Assembly (NCBI GenBank): GCA_034780895.1
Contig: JAUZTB010000072.1
Span: forward strand, 19,713,240 to 19,776,260
Direction of reading: 5' to 3'
Source of the DNA: Rhynchobatus australiae
Lineage: Eukaryota
DNA: 63,021 nt
Shown: positions 11,226 through 23,500 of the stretch, one piece after another
Numbering within the stretch: position 1 is the stretch's first letter
Layout: every line of letters starts with the position of its first letter
Notes under the pieces: model-generated
Database searches by the model: none
Told to the model about the DNA's origin: nothing
What the model saw: only the letters and a program-made list of their open reading frames with translations
Translations under genes and position numbers: made by a program

Positions 11226-13569
11226 AATCAACAACAATTACTTCGTTGATCTAAAATACTTCTATTTAACCCCCTCTTCCCTCCTTTCCCTTGACTTCTT
11301 CTTTGCTGTCCTTTACAAGTTTCTTCTGAAAATATTGATTCAGTTCATTTCTGATGGATGTTCAAAAGGACAATCAGGCAGATTGTATAACAGGTGGCCA
11401 ATCCGATATCAACTGTTTAATATTGTCATTGGCTCCAGTCAAAGTTAAAAGTCCCACCCTTTAATTAATTTGTTCATATGTCCTTTATTGTGAGCCTAGG
11501 TTGGATAATAAATTGGTCTGGACTCAAATGTCACCTCTGCTAATGGGCCTGTCAGTCCACATTAACTGGATGAAGCTCGCGAGGGTGAAATGAGTTGGGC
11601 AGATTCAATACTGCTCCCGTGCATTAAACTGTCTCCAGAAATTGTGACAATGATGGTGGAGAGATGTAAAATTGATCAAAAAGATCTTTTACTCCAGATC
11701 TAGATGCTTAGCTTTGGAGTACTTGACTTAGGAGTACAGAAGAAGCTTAACTATGTATACCTCATCTCTGAGGGATTAGTGATGGAAGTATTCCATTCCC
11801 AGACTGTAAAATTCCCCACTTTCATTATAAAGAGTTCTCAAAAACAGTGTCTAAAAAGAGCACTAAGTGTATCCCTCTTCCAGTAACTTCACAAATTATC
11901 CAAGCAGATGGCAAGAGAATGACAAAAGGAGCTGCCACTGAGAACTAATATGGATTAGTTCTCAATATCTTTCATCTCCTGCTGCTGTTCATCAATATCT
12001 CATGCAAAGCTCAGTCAATCTTAACAGCTGATGGCTGCTCTGCTATGTGTTCCATATCCTACTTTCACCTTGATCTCCAATATTCCCTTCTGCCACTAAT
12101 TTCCTGATCCCTCACAATTTTACTGTAATTACTTTAATTAATACTTCACAACTTCCACACACCATCCTGCAATCACATTTTGGTCTTCGTTGTCACTAGC
12201 CAGTCCTGACAATATTCCCAAGCACAGTTCTGCTGATCCAGGAACCTCCCTGTGAGAATTCCTGGTGTACATGCTAAATCTGATGGTGGCAATAGTAAAT
12301 GCTATATTCGATACTGGAACTGTTTCATAGAGAATCATTATAACTTCATAACAGATGAGACAACTATATGTGTACCACTCTCAACTAATGAAAAACCAAG
12401 AATGGAGAGGTGGGGAATCAGAGTGTTGTAGAAAAATATATTCATTTCAAAGTCTCAGCAAAATGATTAAATAAATCCCCAAGCAGACCAGGAGCTCCCA
12501 GACTCAACCTGGGGTTTTTGTCAAATTCCCTACCATTCTTTGCCATTATTTTTAATCGTTCATGGGATATGGATGTTGTTGTCAAAGCCATTATGTAGTG
12601 ACCATCTCTGATTTCCACTTGAACTTGAGTGACTTGCCAGACCATTCTAGAAGCTGGCTGAGCCAACCAATTTCCTTTGGATGCCAAGTTACAAATAGAG
12701 CTGGCCTAATAAGGACAGCAGGTTCCTTCACTACAGGACATTTTTTCCTGCCATCTTCATGTTTTTAAAAGTTTTGAAAACCAATCTTTTTACAGTCGAA
12801 TTTCTTGATTTATCTTGCAGTTCTCTTTTGGCTCAGATCAACTCTGTCTTTGTCCTGCACAACATGTCCTTATATTTTTTAATTTCGATTACCTAAAAAA
12901 AAACAGAATTGATTTTACTGCCAACTCTTTACCTGAATTGATACCATTTGGCAGAATGTCTATGGTATCATTGTTGTGGGCTGACACAGACAGAATGACC
13001 CAGATGGCAGCTAGCCATTGTGCTGGGCCTCAGTTAGGATCAGCATCTTCCCCGGGCAAAGGCAGAAGACTTTAGGTAAAGGAAACCTGTGGGGGAAATC
13101 CTAAATCTAGGAATATTAGCTGGGTACCATCACACAGAAACATTTCCCTTTATCTATTTGAGTTTATTAGAAAAGACCATTGATGCATCCAAAGCAAGTG
13201 GTCAGGATCGGCCAGGATCTAATTGAACTGTGGGGCAGGGTAGAGGGGCTTAATGAATTCTTTCTGTTCTAAAAGGGGTTAATATTGAGTTGATGAGTTG
13301 GGGGAGACTGCTTCAGAAAACTCAACGTCTAACATGTTTCTGTGCAAAATTTAAAAATTGTCCTCTGCAGATTGTTGCTTCTCCCCAGTTCCCTCCAAAA
13401 TCCTCTTACCTCTCCACCCACGCAGAGCTTTGTGACGTTCATCAGTGTTAAAGGTGCTGTTGGAGTACAAGTTTCTGTTGTGCCTCAACACTGACTGGGC
13501 AGGCTCTATTATATCTACAGAAGACTTTCTTTTCTCTGGTACTAATGTCTATTATATTCACTTTGCAAG

Positions 13570-13590
13570 CTTACATGGATAGCCTTGAAG
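13570..13590 (+). CDS. CAMTA1: 21-nt alternative microexon encoding LTWIALK between IQ motifs
   Basis: Sequence is ctttgcaAG|CTT ACA TGG ATA GCC TTG AAG|GTaatg, with a branch-like TACTAAT at 13540-13546. LTWIALK is the peptide I recall at this junction in CAMTA1/CAMTA2 isoforms. Confidence 0.9.
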
Positions 13591-14156
13591 GTAATGCAGT
13601 TCACAAATGGAATTTCAATCTTGTTCATTTTGCATTGCTGTGACATATGGCCACTAGGTGACCACCAATTGCTATTATTTTGGCATAAGCATATGTAATT
13701 TTTTTTACAGGTGCTTTTGAATCATGAGCACTGTGTGGAAATTTCAGATGATGTTCGTCTTTCATCGTCTTTGGGGATGTTGCATGTTGTCTTCATGTGC
13801 CAACTACCATGTGCCAAAAGTCATTTGTATAATCATTTAAATTAATTTAGATTAAAGTATTTTGTATAAACCACTTTTCTTTTGAGAGGGTACAGAAGAA
13901 GTTTACAGATAACAAGGTTAAGAGGCTTCAGAAATGAAGAAAGCTCCAAGAAGTTGGGCTTCAGCTTAAATCCGGGAAGAATAAAGGGAGATTTAATTCA
14001 GAAGTTTAAAATTGCAGATTGCACCCATGGACTTTACAGAACAGAAACAAGTCATGGATAGCTGCTCTGTGTTGGTGTTTGTGCTGCTGTCAAGCCTACT
14101 CCTACACTAAATAATCTCTCTCTCTCTCAATATAATAAAACTGAAGATGCTGGAAT

Positions 14157-14850
14157 TTTAATTGGTTTATTATTGTTACTTGTACTGAGGTACAGTGAAA
14201 AACTTGTTTTGCATGCCATTCATACAGATCAGTTCATCACACAGTGCATTGAAGTAGAACAAGGTAAAACAATAACAGAATGCAGAATAAAGTTTAACAG
14301 CTACAGAGAAAGTGCAATGCATGTAGACAATAAAGTGCAAGGTCATAACGAGGTAGATTGTGAGGTGAAGAGTCCATCTTATTGTACTAGGGAGCCATTC
14401 GCTAGTCATATAACAGCATTATAGAAGCTGTCCTTGAACCTGGTGGTACTTGGTTTCAGGCTTTTGCATCTTCTGCCCAATGGGAGAAGGGAGAAGAGAG
14501 AATGTCTGGGGTGGGTGGAGTCTTTAAATATGTTGGCTGCTTTACCGAGGCAGTGAGAAGTATGGACAGAGTCCATGGAGGGGAGGCTGGTTTCCTTGAT
14601 GTCCTGAGCTGTGTCCACAACTCTCTGCAGTTTCTTGCAGTCTTGGGCAGAGCAGTTGCCGTACCAAACCGTGGTGCATCCAGATGCTTTCTTTGATGCA
14701 TCATTAAAAATTGGTGAGGGTTGACAGGGACATGCCAAATTTCTTTAGCCTCCTGAGGAAGTAGAGGCACTGGTGAGCTTTCTTGGCCATGATGTCTACG
14801 TGGTTGGACCAGGAGAGGCTATTGGTGATGTTCACTTCTAGGAACTTGAG
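14157..14850 (-). mobile_element. Rex1/Babar-type LINE 3' portion
   Basis: The - strand reads CLYFLRRLKKFGMS, then GCTTVWYGNCSAQDCKKLQRVVDTAQ...KDSTHPRHSLFSLLPLGRR...TTRFKDSF. This is the typical post-RT C-terminus of this clade. A second copy lies at 43175-43585. Confidence 0.85.
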
Positions 14851-15544
14851 GCTGGAAATACTCAGCAGGTCAGGCAGCATCTTTGCAGAGAGATGTTATT
14901 GCTTCAGGTCAATGACCTATATTGTATATAGCAATCACAAATTTTTGCTTTTGCTCTTTTGAATTATAATTGAGTAAATAAGAGCAGACTGTATTCTACA
15001 TCTGTTAGCTGAAAAGATGAAGCACCTTCTCGAACTGCTGTGATCCATTTGAAGATAGCACTGCCATGAATTCCAAGGATTCCAGGATGGCTGATTAACA
15101 ATGTAGGAGCATTTGATGTAGGTCCAAGTCAGGAATTGATGGTGTTCCCAATAACATGATATTTCCTCGTCCTTCTTGCTCATGAATGTTGTGGGGCTGG
15201 GGGATCCTTCTGACATTGCGTGAGGCTGAACAGCAATGCCTGTACTTCTGAATTTCCTTCCCCTTTCGCCACAGCAGGAGAACTCACTTATCAACTCTTA
15301 CCCAGTGGTTGCAGAGGTCCGGAGCTCTGAAACAGGAGAGACTGTGGGAGCAGAGCTGGGTCTGCAATGTGGCACTGTGTGTGTTAGTACCCTCTGCTGT
15401 GTGGATTCTCAGCAAATCTGCACCATTCACTGAAGCCAAGGGTAATGTGCATTTCATTCTCATTTTAAAGGGATGTATTGCTTTGAATATAAGATGAGAT
15501 GAAGTGAGAAGAAAGCCCACATGATGTGCCTTCACATCTTCATA

Positions 15545-16220
15545 GAATCTTGCAATGCAGAGGAAGGCTAATTAGCCCTTCATGCCTATTCTGGCTCTTA
15601 AAGAGCTATCCAATCAGTCCCTCATCTTCTGCTGTTTTCCCAGAGACCTGAATCTTTTTAAGTATTAATCCAATTCCAATGATTTTTACTGATAAATCTG
15701 TTTCCACCACCTTCTCAGGTAGTGCATTCTCGATCATAACTGCTTGCAGTGAAAAAGAAATTCTCCTCATGTCCCCTCTTCTTCCTTTGCTAATTAGTTT
15801 AAATTTGCATCCTATGATTACTAACCTTATGCTAGTGGAAAAGAAATAAAACCGCAGATGTTGGAATCTGAAACAAAAGCAGAAATGCTGGAAGAACTCA
15901 GTTAATTGGTTTCTCTTTCCGCAGATGTTGCTTGACTGCTNNNNNNNNNNNGGCTGAGTTCTTCCAGCATTTCTGTTTTTATTTCATGCCAGTGGAAACA
16001 GTTTCTCTTTATTTACTCTTAATCAAAATTAAAAATTTGCTTCATCTACTCTCTCTAAGAAGAACAATACCAATTTATCTTGTTTCTCAGAATAACTGGT
16101 CCCTTATCCCTTGTAAATTCTGATAAATTGACTTACTCCCACCTACAAGCACTTAATAATTTTTCTAAGGTGCAATGACTGGAATTGGATGGTACCCTAA
16201 ATGGGACTTAACCAGTGAGC
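15545..16220 (-). mobile_element. decayed CR1-type LINE 3' fragment, interrupted by a palindromic element
   Basis: The sequence tctgtttccaccaccttctcaggtagtgcattctcgatcataactgc is the reverse complement of the CR1 3' motif. Confidence 0.55.
15842..15985. mobile_element. short palindromic Penelope-derived element with 13-bp TSD
   Basis: A perfect 22-bp inverted repeat sits at 15880-15901 / 15954-15975. The flanks are atgctagtggaaa (15829-15841) and atgccagtggaaa (15986-15998). Confidence 0.7.
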
Positions 16221-16394
16221 ATGAGTGGCTTGGTGGCACACGCATGGTGGAAATAGTTTCTCATCATGTTGGGGACATTGCTGTTTAAGTTTTCCTCAGT
16301 TATAATGTGAGAATTCTGGCATAACTTCATCTGTCCATTGCCACCAGATGACATGGTTCAGAAATCACCATAACCTGGCACCATCCTCCATACC

Positions 16395-16600
16395 AGAATC
16401 GCCAGTAGTCCAGTATTAACCTGAAATCTCCAGCAATTTAAAGAATTATCTTCAGGACAAACAAAACCAGGGAGAAAAAATCAGAGGAAAGCATTAAAAA
16501 TACATGGTTTTATTTCATTTTCCTTGAATGTTTTTGTTTATTAGTTACACAAATATTGGTGATAAAAAGACCCATTTGACTGGGCAGGGAGGTTGAATAT
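16395..16600 (+). mobile_element. old dispersed repeat, probably a non-autonomous DNA transposon; inverted homolog at 54870-55060
   Basis: Here tcattttccttgaatgtttttgtttattagtt..aaatattgg matches the reverse complement of ccaatattttt..aactaataagcaaaa..catcaaggaaaatga. Confidence 0.45.
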
Positions 16601-17187
16601 ATAAGCCTTCAGCAATAAATCCATCCAGGGTTATAAATCCTAACATTAGCTGCACTTTAATTAGGGTTTTGACCACAGAAATGGCTNNNNNNNNNNNNNN
16701 NNNNNNNNNNNNNNNNNNNNNNNNNNNNCCATTGGATTTTTTTATGTACAGTTAAGTGGTATATGAACATTTAAAAGGTGATGGTCAATAATTGTTGGTT
16801 TACAGTGTGATTCTGCTTATTTTGAGTGTTAGCTGAGATTTTGATTTCCTCCATCTCATTTTCTTTTTGTTTCAAAAGGCTTAGAGATAGAATGGAAATG
16901 TGAAATTGAGAGCAGCCATGATCGAATTGAATAGCAAAGTGAACTCGAGGGGTTGTATGACCTACTCCTGCTCCTATTATTAATGTTCTTTTGTTATTAC
17001 ACTTTGGCATGGCATTTTTGGAAGCTAGCTACTAGTTTGAGATGAGGATCCAGAAATGCTGAGTTTGTATTCAGCTGAGGGAAAGCCATTTGTGGGGTCC
17101 CTCCCCCAACCAAACATGCCTCCTTTCTTTCCAGGATTCACCTGTTTTTCTCTTCTGACAAGGATATTGACCTTTGTGTTTCCTCAG

Positions 17188-17381
17188 TATGCACTTTACA
17201 AAAAGATGACGCTGGCCGCCATCCTGATCCAGAGCAAGTTCCGCAGCTATTATGAGCAGAAGAAGTTCCAGCAGAGTCGTCGGGCAGCTGTCCTTATCCA
17301 GCAGTATTACCGTAGCTACAAGGAGTACGGAAAAATGAGGCAGAAGCGAAGGACAGCTGCCATGGTCCAACAGAAAATCAG
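17188..17381 (+). CDS. CAMTA1: CAMTA1 IQ-motif exon (YALYKKMTLAAILIQSKFRSYYEQKKFQQSRRAAVLIQQYYRSYK...VQQKIR)
   Basis: Boundaries are ttcctcAG|TAT and AG|GTaggg. The exon is 194 nt (phase 0 to 2) with two IQ motifs. Confidence 0.96.
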
Positions 17382-17419
17382 GTAGGGCTTTGCTTATGGA
17401 CATAACTCTTCTCTAACTT

Positions 17420-18385
17420 CCTTTGATTAGGCCGAATCAATGTGCTTTTATGAAAGGAATATTGTATTTGACAATCTAATGGAGTTTCTGAAGATGCAGC
17501 TAGTGGGTCAGATGAAGGAAGTTAAAGGATGTGGTATATTTGGATTTGCAAATGCATTTGATAAGGTGCTACCAAAAAGATGCTACACAATGTAAGGATT
17601 TATGGGGGTGGGAATAACATCTGCATGAATAAAGGATGGGCTAAAGGACAGAATATAGAGAAACTGAATAAATGTGTCATTTTCAGATGATTAAATGTAA
17701 CTTGTGGTGTATCAAAAGGATCAGTACTTGGCTCTTCACAATTTATATTAATGACTGAGATGAAGACAGTGTAATATATCAGTGCTGACAAGTTGAAGAA
17801 ATGAATTTTGAGAAGTGACGAGAACTTGCAAAGGAATACATGCGTAGGGAAAGAAAGTGGTACGCGGATTGTAATTTGAGAAGTTGTGAGATTATGCACT
17901 TTGGTAGGAAGAGTAGAAAAACAAAATATTTTTTAAATGGTAGTAAACCAGTAAATTATGTTTAGGGAAAATAAACATGAAGGTAGAGCAAGGAGTAGGA
18001 GAGCCTATTGATATGTTAGAAGGGCACTGGACTATAGCAGTAGTAAGTTTTGTTGAGATTGTACAAGGCTTGGATGAGGTATCATTTGGAAATCTCTATG
18101 CACGTCTACTCTCTATACTTAAAGAAAGATGCATTTGCCTTGGAATCAGTGCAGTGCAGATTCACGAGATTGATTCCTGGTTTGAGGTTGTAAGATTGGC
18201 CTCTTCTCACTGTAGTTTCAAACAATATGAAGTAATCTCATTGAACGGGACAAAATTCAAGGAGGGATTGACAGGGTGGATGGCAAGAGGCTGATCTTCC
18301 TCTGGAGAGTCCAGAACCAGGGACACAGTTGCATTCTAAGGTGGTCAGCCATTTATAACTGAGAGGAGGAGAACTTTACATAGGA
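17420..18385 (+). mobile_element. highly decayed CR1-type LINE RT fragment
   Basis: The sequence gatgtggtatatttggatttgcaaatgcatttgataaggtgc resembles DVVYLDF.KAFDKV. It also has GV.QGSVLG..F...IND-like and HFGRK motifs. Confidence 0.75.
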
Positions 18386-18554
18386 CAATCTTCTATAGCA
18401 TGCGAATGAAATTGTCTGCTACTCATGTGGATAACATGGATAAAATAACATTATGCTTGATTAAGTGCCCGTGGGATGTGCAGAGAAACAAGTTTTGTGA
18501 ACACAGTTGGCTTGGTGCTTGGAGCTTGGGCTGTTTTCGTAGTGCAGCCATTGA

Positions 18555-19160
18555 AGATAAACCACATGTTTGCCAGTTAGTCAGTGAACCCCATTTTTAT
18601 GTAAATGAGTGAACCTCATTAATGGGTGGATATCTAGTTTATGTCATGGTAAGCCCCATGATTGTAAATGAACCCTATATTTGCATCATTGGGTGAACCC
18701 CATTCTTGTATTAGTTTGTTTATATCAGTGAGTGAACTGTATGTTTGCCAGTCAATGGATGAACCCGATGTTTGCATCAATCAGTGAAATCATCATTCAC
18801 GTCAATAGTTGAACACCATATTTGCATCAGTGAGTGAGCCTCATCAGCAGATGATCAACATATTTGTATTGAAGGGTGAACCTAATACCAGTCAATGTGT
18901 GATCCTCCCTTTGTTTGCAAGTTGAACCCCATGTTTCCAACAACAGATGAACCCAATGTTTGCATCAATGGCTATGCCCTATTTCTGCATCGATGGGTGA
19001 GCCATATGTTTCTCAGTCAATGGATGAAGCTTTGATTGCATCTATGGACAAATGCCATGTTTGCCTCATGAGTGAATCCAGTGTTTAAGTCAATAGAGCA
19101 ACCACTTGAGAATCACTGAGTTTGTGCGTCATTGACTGAACTCTGTGTTTGTCAGTCAGC
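18555..19160. repeat. degenerate minisatellite, ~25-26 bp unit (consensus ~GTGAACCCCATGTTTGCATCAATGG), roughly 20+ copies
   Basis: TGAAC(C) and ATGTTTGC/TTTGCATC recur at ~25 nt spacing throughout. Confidence 0.8.
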
Positions 19161-19276
19161 ATGGAAATTGGCATTTTTTCATGTGAATCACTTTGGCACA
19201 GTTACCTTACAGATATGCTGGATCTTCAGCAATGAAGAGAACTCTTGTTCTTATTTTTTCCTTGTTCTTGTTTCAG

Positions 19277-19351
19277 GAGCAGTCTGCTAACCAAGAAACA
19301 GGATCAAGCTGCACGGAAAATTATGAGATTTTTGCGCCGTTGTCGTCACAG
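19277..19351 (+). CDS. CAMTA1: CAMTA1 coding exon (SSLLTKKQDQAARKIMRFLRRCRH)
   Basis: Boundaries are tgtttcAG|G AGC and CAC AG|GTgaga. The 75-nt exon is phase 2-2 and encodes the conserved basic calmodulin-binding/NLS-like segment. Confidence 0.96.
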
Positions 19352-20229
19352 GTGAGATGTCAAATGTCATTCAAATCTGACACCTTTCTGAAAAGTTTTA
19401 TTTTCACTCTAATTTATTCTACTTTCTTGCTTTTATTTCTTTGTAAAATAATACCAAGTAGAATTTTAAGGTCAACCCATTTATGTCATAGAATAATAAA
19501 AGAGAAAAATTGAAACCTTCTGAAGGTTTCTCATTGTTACGATAATTTCTTCATTAATCCTTGTGTACTTCTCTGCTGTGGAATACTTTACCACAGCTCA
19601 CCCAGTATTTTCAATAGGTAAGATCAAGGTCCCTTCCTGAAACTGAGCTCATAAAAATGTCAAGGTGTTAGGTTCTATTTCCCCACTCTGTGCTGGGTTA
19701 GCCAGTTTGCTTGGTGATCGCTGCTCCACAGCAGGCTCTGTGGACTTGGACTAAGGAACAGAAATCAGTCAATGTTCCTGTCCCTGCATATATCCCAGTA
19801 AGCCCTACAGGAAAATTTGCATGTTTGGCTGGCTGAGTGAAGACAGTATCAGGTCAGAGTGTGATGCCCACCACAGTCAATAATCACAACAATCTTTTTC
19901 TGCATTGCCATACAAATGAACATACATAGTTTGTACAGGGCAGACTCTTCCAGACCTGGCAGAATGATATTGTTGGAATAAACATGCAGGAATGAATTCT
20001 GAGATTGGAGCTTTGAACTTATGCTGACCAATATCAGTTCATCAGGACTTTTGGTTTAAGTGTCTGTGTCCAGCAGTTTTATAACAAACTTTCATTTTGA
20101 ATGTATATCATCCTTTATTACAGACAAAAGAACTTCATATCTGTCCATTAACTAACAATTACACTAAGTATCTCAAAGGTCTTTAACTTCGTGATGGTGA
20201 ATTGTTACCTTTAGCCCTCTGTCAGTCAT

Positions 20230-20575
20230 TTTTTCAAATGGTAGGACTCTCACCTTGGAACCAATGGGTTGTGAGTTCACATCTCACTCAAGAGACTTGA
20301 GCACAAAGCTCATTTTTTCCCTGGCAGTGTCAGGAATGCTGTCTTTCAGAGGTTAGAGTTCTTACTAACTGTTCTTTCAGCTGGTATTAAAAGGATCTCA
20401 TAATTCTACTTAAAGAAGTTCAAGAGAATCCTTCCCATTGCTATGGACAATGTTTTAACCCACAACAAACTTGCTGTGCAAAAATGGGCTGCTTTTTATC
20501 CTACATCACAACAGTGAATGCATTTATTGACTGCAAAGGAGTTTGGGAGACCTTGAGGTTGTGAAGTTGCTGTAG
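20230..20575 (+). mobile_element. decayed tRNA-derived SINE (Deu-domain/SacSINE-like)
   Basis: It contains ggttgtgagttcacatctcactcaagagacttgagcaca, tgctgtctttcagagg and the tail ctgcaaaggagtttgggagaccttgaggttgtga. Relatives lie near 40500-40710 (+) and 62510-62790 (-). Confidence 0.5.
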
Positions 20576-23500
20576 TGTGTGGCAATCTGGCAAATGAGGA
20601 AGGCAGAGCCGCAGGGCCCCATGTGCATCCTCACAACAGCTGCTAGCTGTTGTGCATTTCCAAGTTGTGCCACATGCAGAATAGTGTGGCATTGGCAGTG
20701 ACACCCTGCTTCCTGGGAGAGCCTGCATTTCTTGTGAGCCACAAAAATGCTTTGTTTGCTGCTCTGGCAAATTTGATAGTTCAAAATTTCCTCAGCTCTT
20801 TTGGAATAGTGTGTGCCACTGACCTCCCAAATGCAGTGATGAACGCAAAACTGAGCGGTTGCCAATATCTCCAGCTCCTTCCTGGAAGGAACTTGACCCA
20901 ACAAAGATAATGACAGCCACTGGCAAAGTGGTCCTCAATTTATCCTGTGTTTGGAATTGTGATTGAAATGGTGGTACTCCCCCCATAGACATTAGCAGAG
21001 AACTCAAATTGCATCAAACCTTGTTGGATCATGGTATCAGCCAGTATAATCAGTAACTTTCAGTGGGGTTGCCCTTCCTTCCAGTGAACATATGTTCAGT
21101 ATGTAAGGTTCAGAGTGGATGTTAGCTGGAATATGCAGCTCTGCTTTGGTGCCTAATAAACAGAGTCACTGATTGGCATGATCTCCAGACTTTGCAAAGT
21201 TTTGCCAGGTGTTAGTGTCCTTGGTACTGGTGCCCTTACTAACCAGTGTGACTCAGGCTATAAACATACACAGGAGCACTTTGGTTGCCACTTTGGAACC
21301 AACTGGTACCCAGTGTGTCCAGATAAAGGCTACTGAGCTGAATTATGTGGCCAGGATATTCCTTGAAGCCTATTTTGTTTGGTCACTAGCTAGTTGGAGG
21401 GGCTTCACACACTGTCAGCAAATATAAACAAATCTCAGGCAGTGCATGCGTAATACATTGCTGTGCAGGAAGCTCTGTCCCAACCTGGCCTGGCAGATTT
21501 TGCTGCACTGCATTTTTAAAATGGGAGTGAAGGAAGGTGGCAATTCTGAAAGATAAAAAAAATGCTCAGATGGTGATGTGTTAATAAACATTCAACTCAG
21601 TCGCAGCTTTATTCTGGCAAATTCACATTAGCAAACTGTTTATTTCAACACCAGAGACAATTCCTCTCTGTGTGGATATTAGTTTTTTACATCTTTTATC
21701 AGGGTGAACTAGATCACTTGATTGTGAAAATAGTTTTGGTGCTGCCAAGACACTTTATAACAATCATTTTCACTTGTGATTTTAATGACTTCTTTGTAAT
21801 GGTGGAAAATAGCAACCTCTTACTCCCCCACCCTTGCCACACCTGAGCAATATCTTTGACCTCAAAAAATAGGTACCCATTTATAAATGTGAATGTTGGA
21901 TTTGGCTTGAGTATTTTCAAACTGCTGCACATTTTACTTTTCCTTACTGATTCACTAATATTGGAGGACTTGTCTGGATTCAGTATTTTTTATGTGTTGC
22001 CCCATACCTTCACCAGTGTCATATTTACTTTTTCTCTTCTACCTGGTTTAAGTTGCCACCTTGGTTGAATGTATTTCTGAAGATTTAGTTATAAATCCAG
22101 CCCCAGCTCCCAAATGATACAACAGTGTGCCTGCCCTATTAGTGCATCCTTTTCCTACTTCCATCCTCCATTATTCATCCAGTGTCCACACTCCTGGTGC
22201 ACCTATCACCCAATGCCCATTGTTAATCACATTGTGCCAATCCTCATGATCTACCTCTCTGCCACTGCTACTCTGTTGATCACCCACTGTGCCCATCCAC
22301 TGCCCCCGTGAATCATCCAGTACCCATCCTCGCAGTCCATCTGCTTCCTACTGCCCCCTGCCTTTAGCCACCTAACGTCCATGCTCATGGTGCACCAGTG
22401 TTAGTTGGAAAGCAACTATTCTTTACAGCTCAGTTCAGTAGGCATTGTCAAGCAGCTCTGTCTCCCTGGCTCTTTTATTTTTATAATCAATTAAGCTCTT
22501 CAAAGAAAATTTTAAAAAACCACAGTGTTTGTATTGTGATTTTCCTCCTGGGTTTGCTCCCAGCAGTATCCTTGAGATTAGTCTTAAGTTTCTGGAGACA
22601 CCACACCAGGATAACACTGGGGAGGTGGTTTGCCAAGGCAGCCTGGTCAGTTCTGCCAAAATGGGGAGGCCATTGTTGTGAGTTTTTCCTTAATTGGCCT
22701 GTTATGACCTTTGCCAAGATCCAGGAGCTAGGTCAACGAATCTGTGAAAGGTACACAAGATTAAAGTTGCTATACATTGTTCCTTTTGTTCTCCTCAGCT
22801 TTGGACTCTGCCTCATTCATTTCCACATTGTAAGCAGTATGTGCTTAAAATAATGTAATATAAGAGAAAAGGGAATAAAAGTGTTACAGGGCAAAGACAA
22901 TGGAAATCAAGAGAAACAAAACTGAAAGCAAGGGATTGTGGTAAGAACAGATTTAAGATCATTGGCAAAAAAGGAAGAAATTAGGATCTGTTAAGTGTGA
23001 GGGTTGTTTTGATTTAGAATTCACAGTCTTGAATGGTAATGGAAGGAGATTCAGTAGTTATATTCTAAAAGGAATTGAAATTAAAGATTTGCAAGGTAGT
23101 GGGGAATGAGTGAGGGAGTGGGACAAATTCTCTAGCTCGCTGAAAAATCAAGCATGTGTGCAGTTAAGGCCTCATTTTATGCAATAGTTAAAAAAAATCT
23201 TGATGCTGGGAATAGCCATTGGCCAATATTAGCAGGATTATCAACAGGGTAGAAATTTGTCTCAGCCCTTATTCCTTTGACTCTCTGGTGTAATCCATAG
23301 CACTGAGTTATTAGTAGAATAGCTTTCCTTGGTTTAAAAAAAATAAAAAACCATGAACTTGCAAAGCTCAGTCATTCCTTCCAAAGTTCCATAGTGATGA
23401 TAGATGATGTGAACCGCTAGTCTTAAATCCAAACAAATAACAAACTAGCAATGTAAGCCAGAAATCCAGAAATGTGACACATAACGCACACACATCCACA

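Noticed and set aside
11500-11700. LF-SINE-like ancient element (also ~30500-31270)
   Set aside because: Only a few short words resemble the consensus as I remember it, which is not supportable without an alignment.
13648-13668. CTCF-like motifs (ccactaggtgacc here; similar near 16340, 43930, 56218)
   Set aside because: These are only partial matches, expected by chance in 63 kb. They need PWM scoring or ChIP data.
14173-14770. Overlapping ORFs as a host gene
   Set aside because: They are frameshifted remnants of a Rex1/Babar LINE.
18555-19160. CRISPR-like array
   Set aside because: The units are contiguous and degenerate with no unique spacers, there are no cas genes, and the context is a vertebrate intron.
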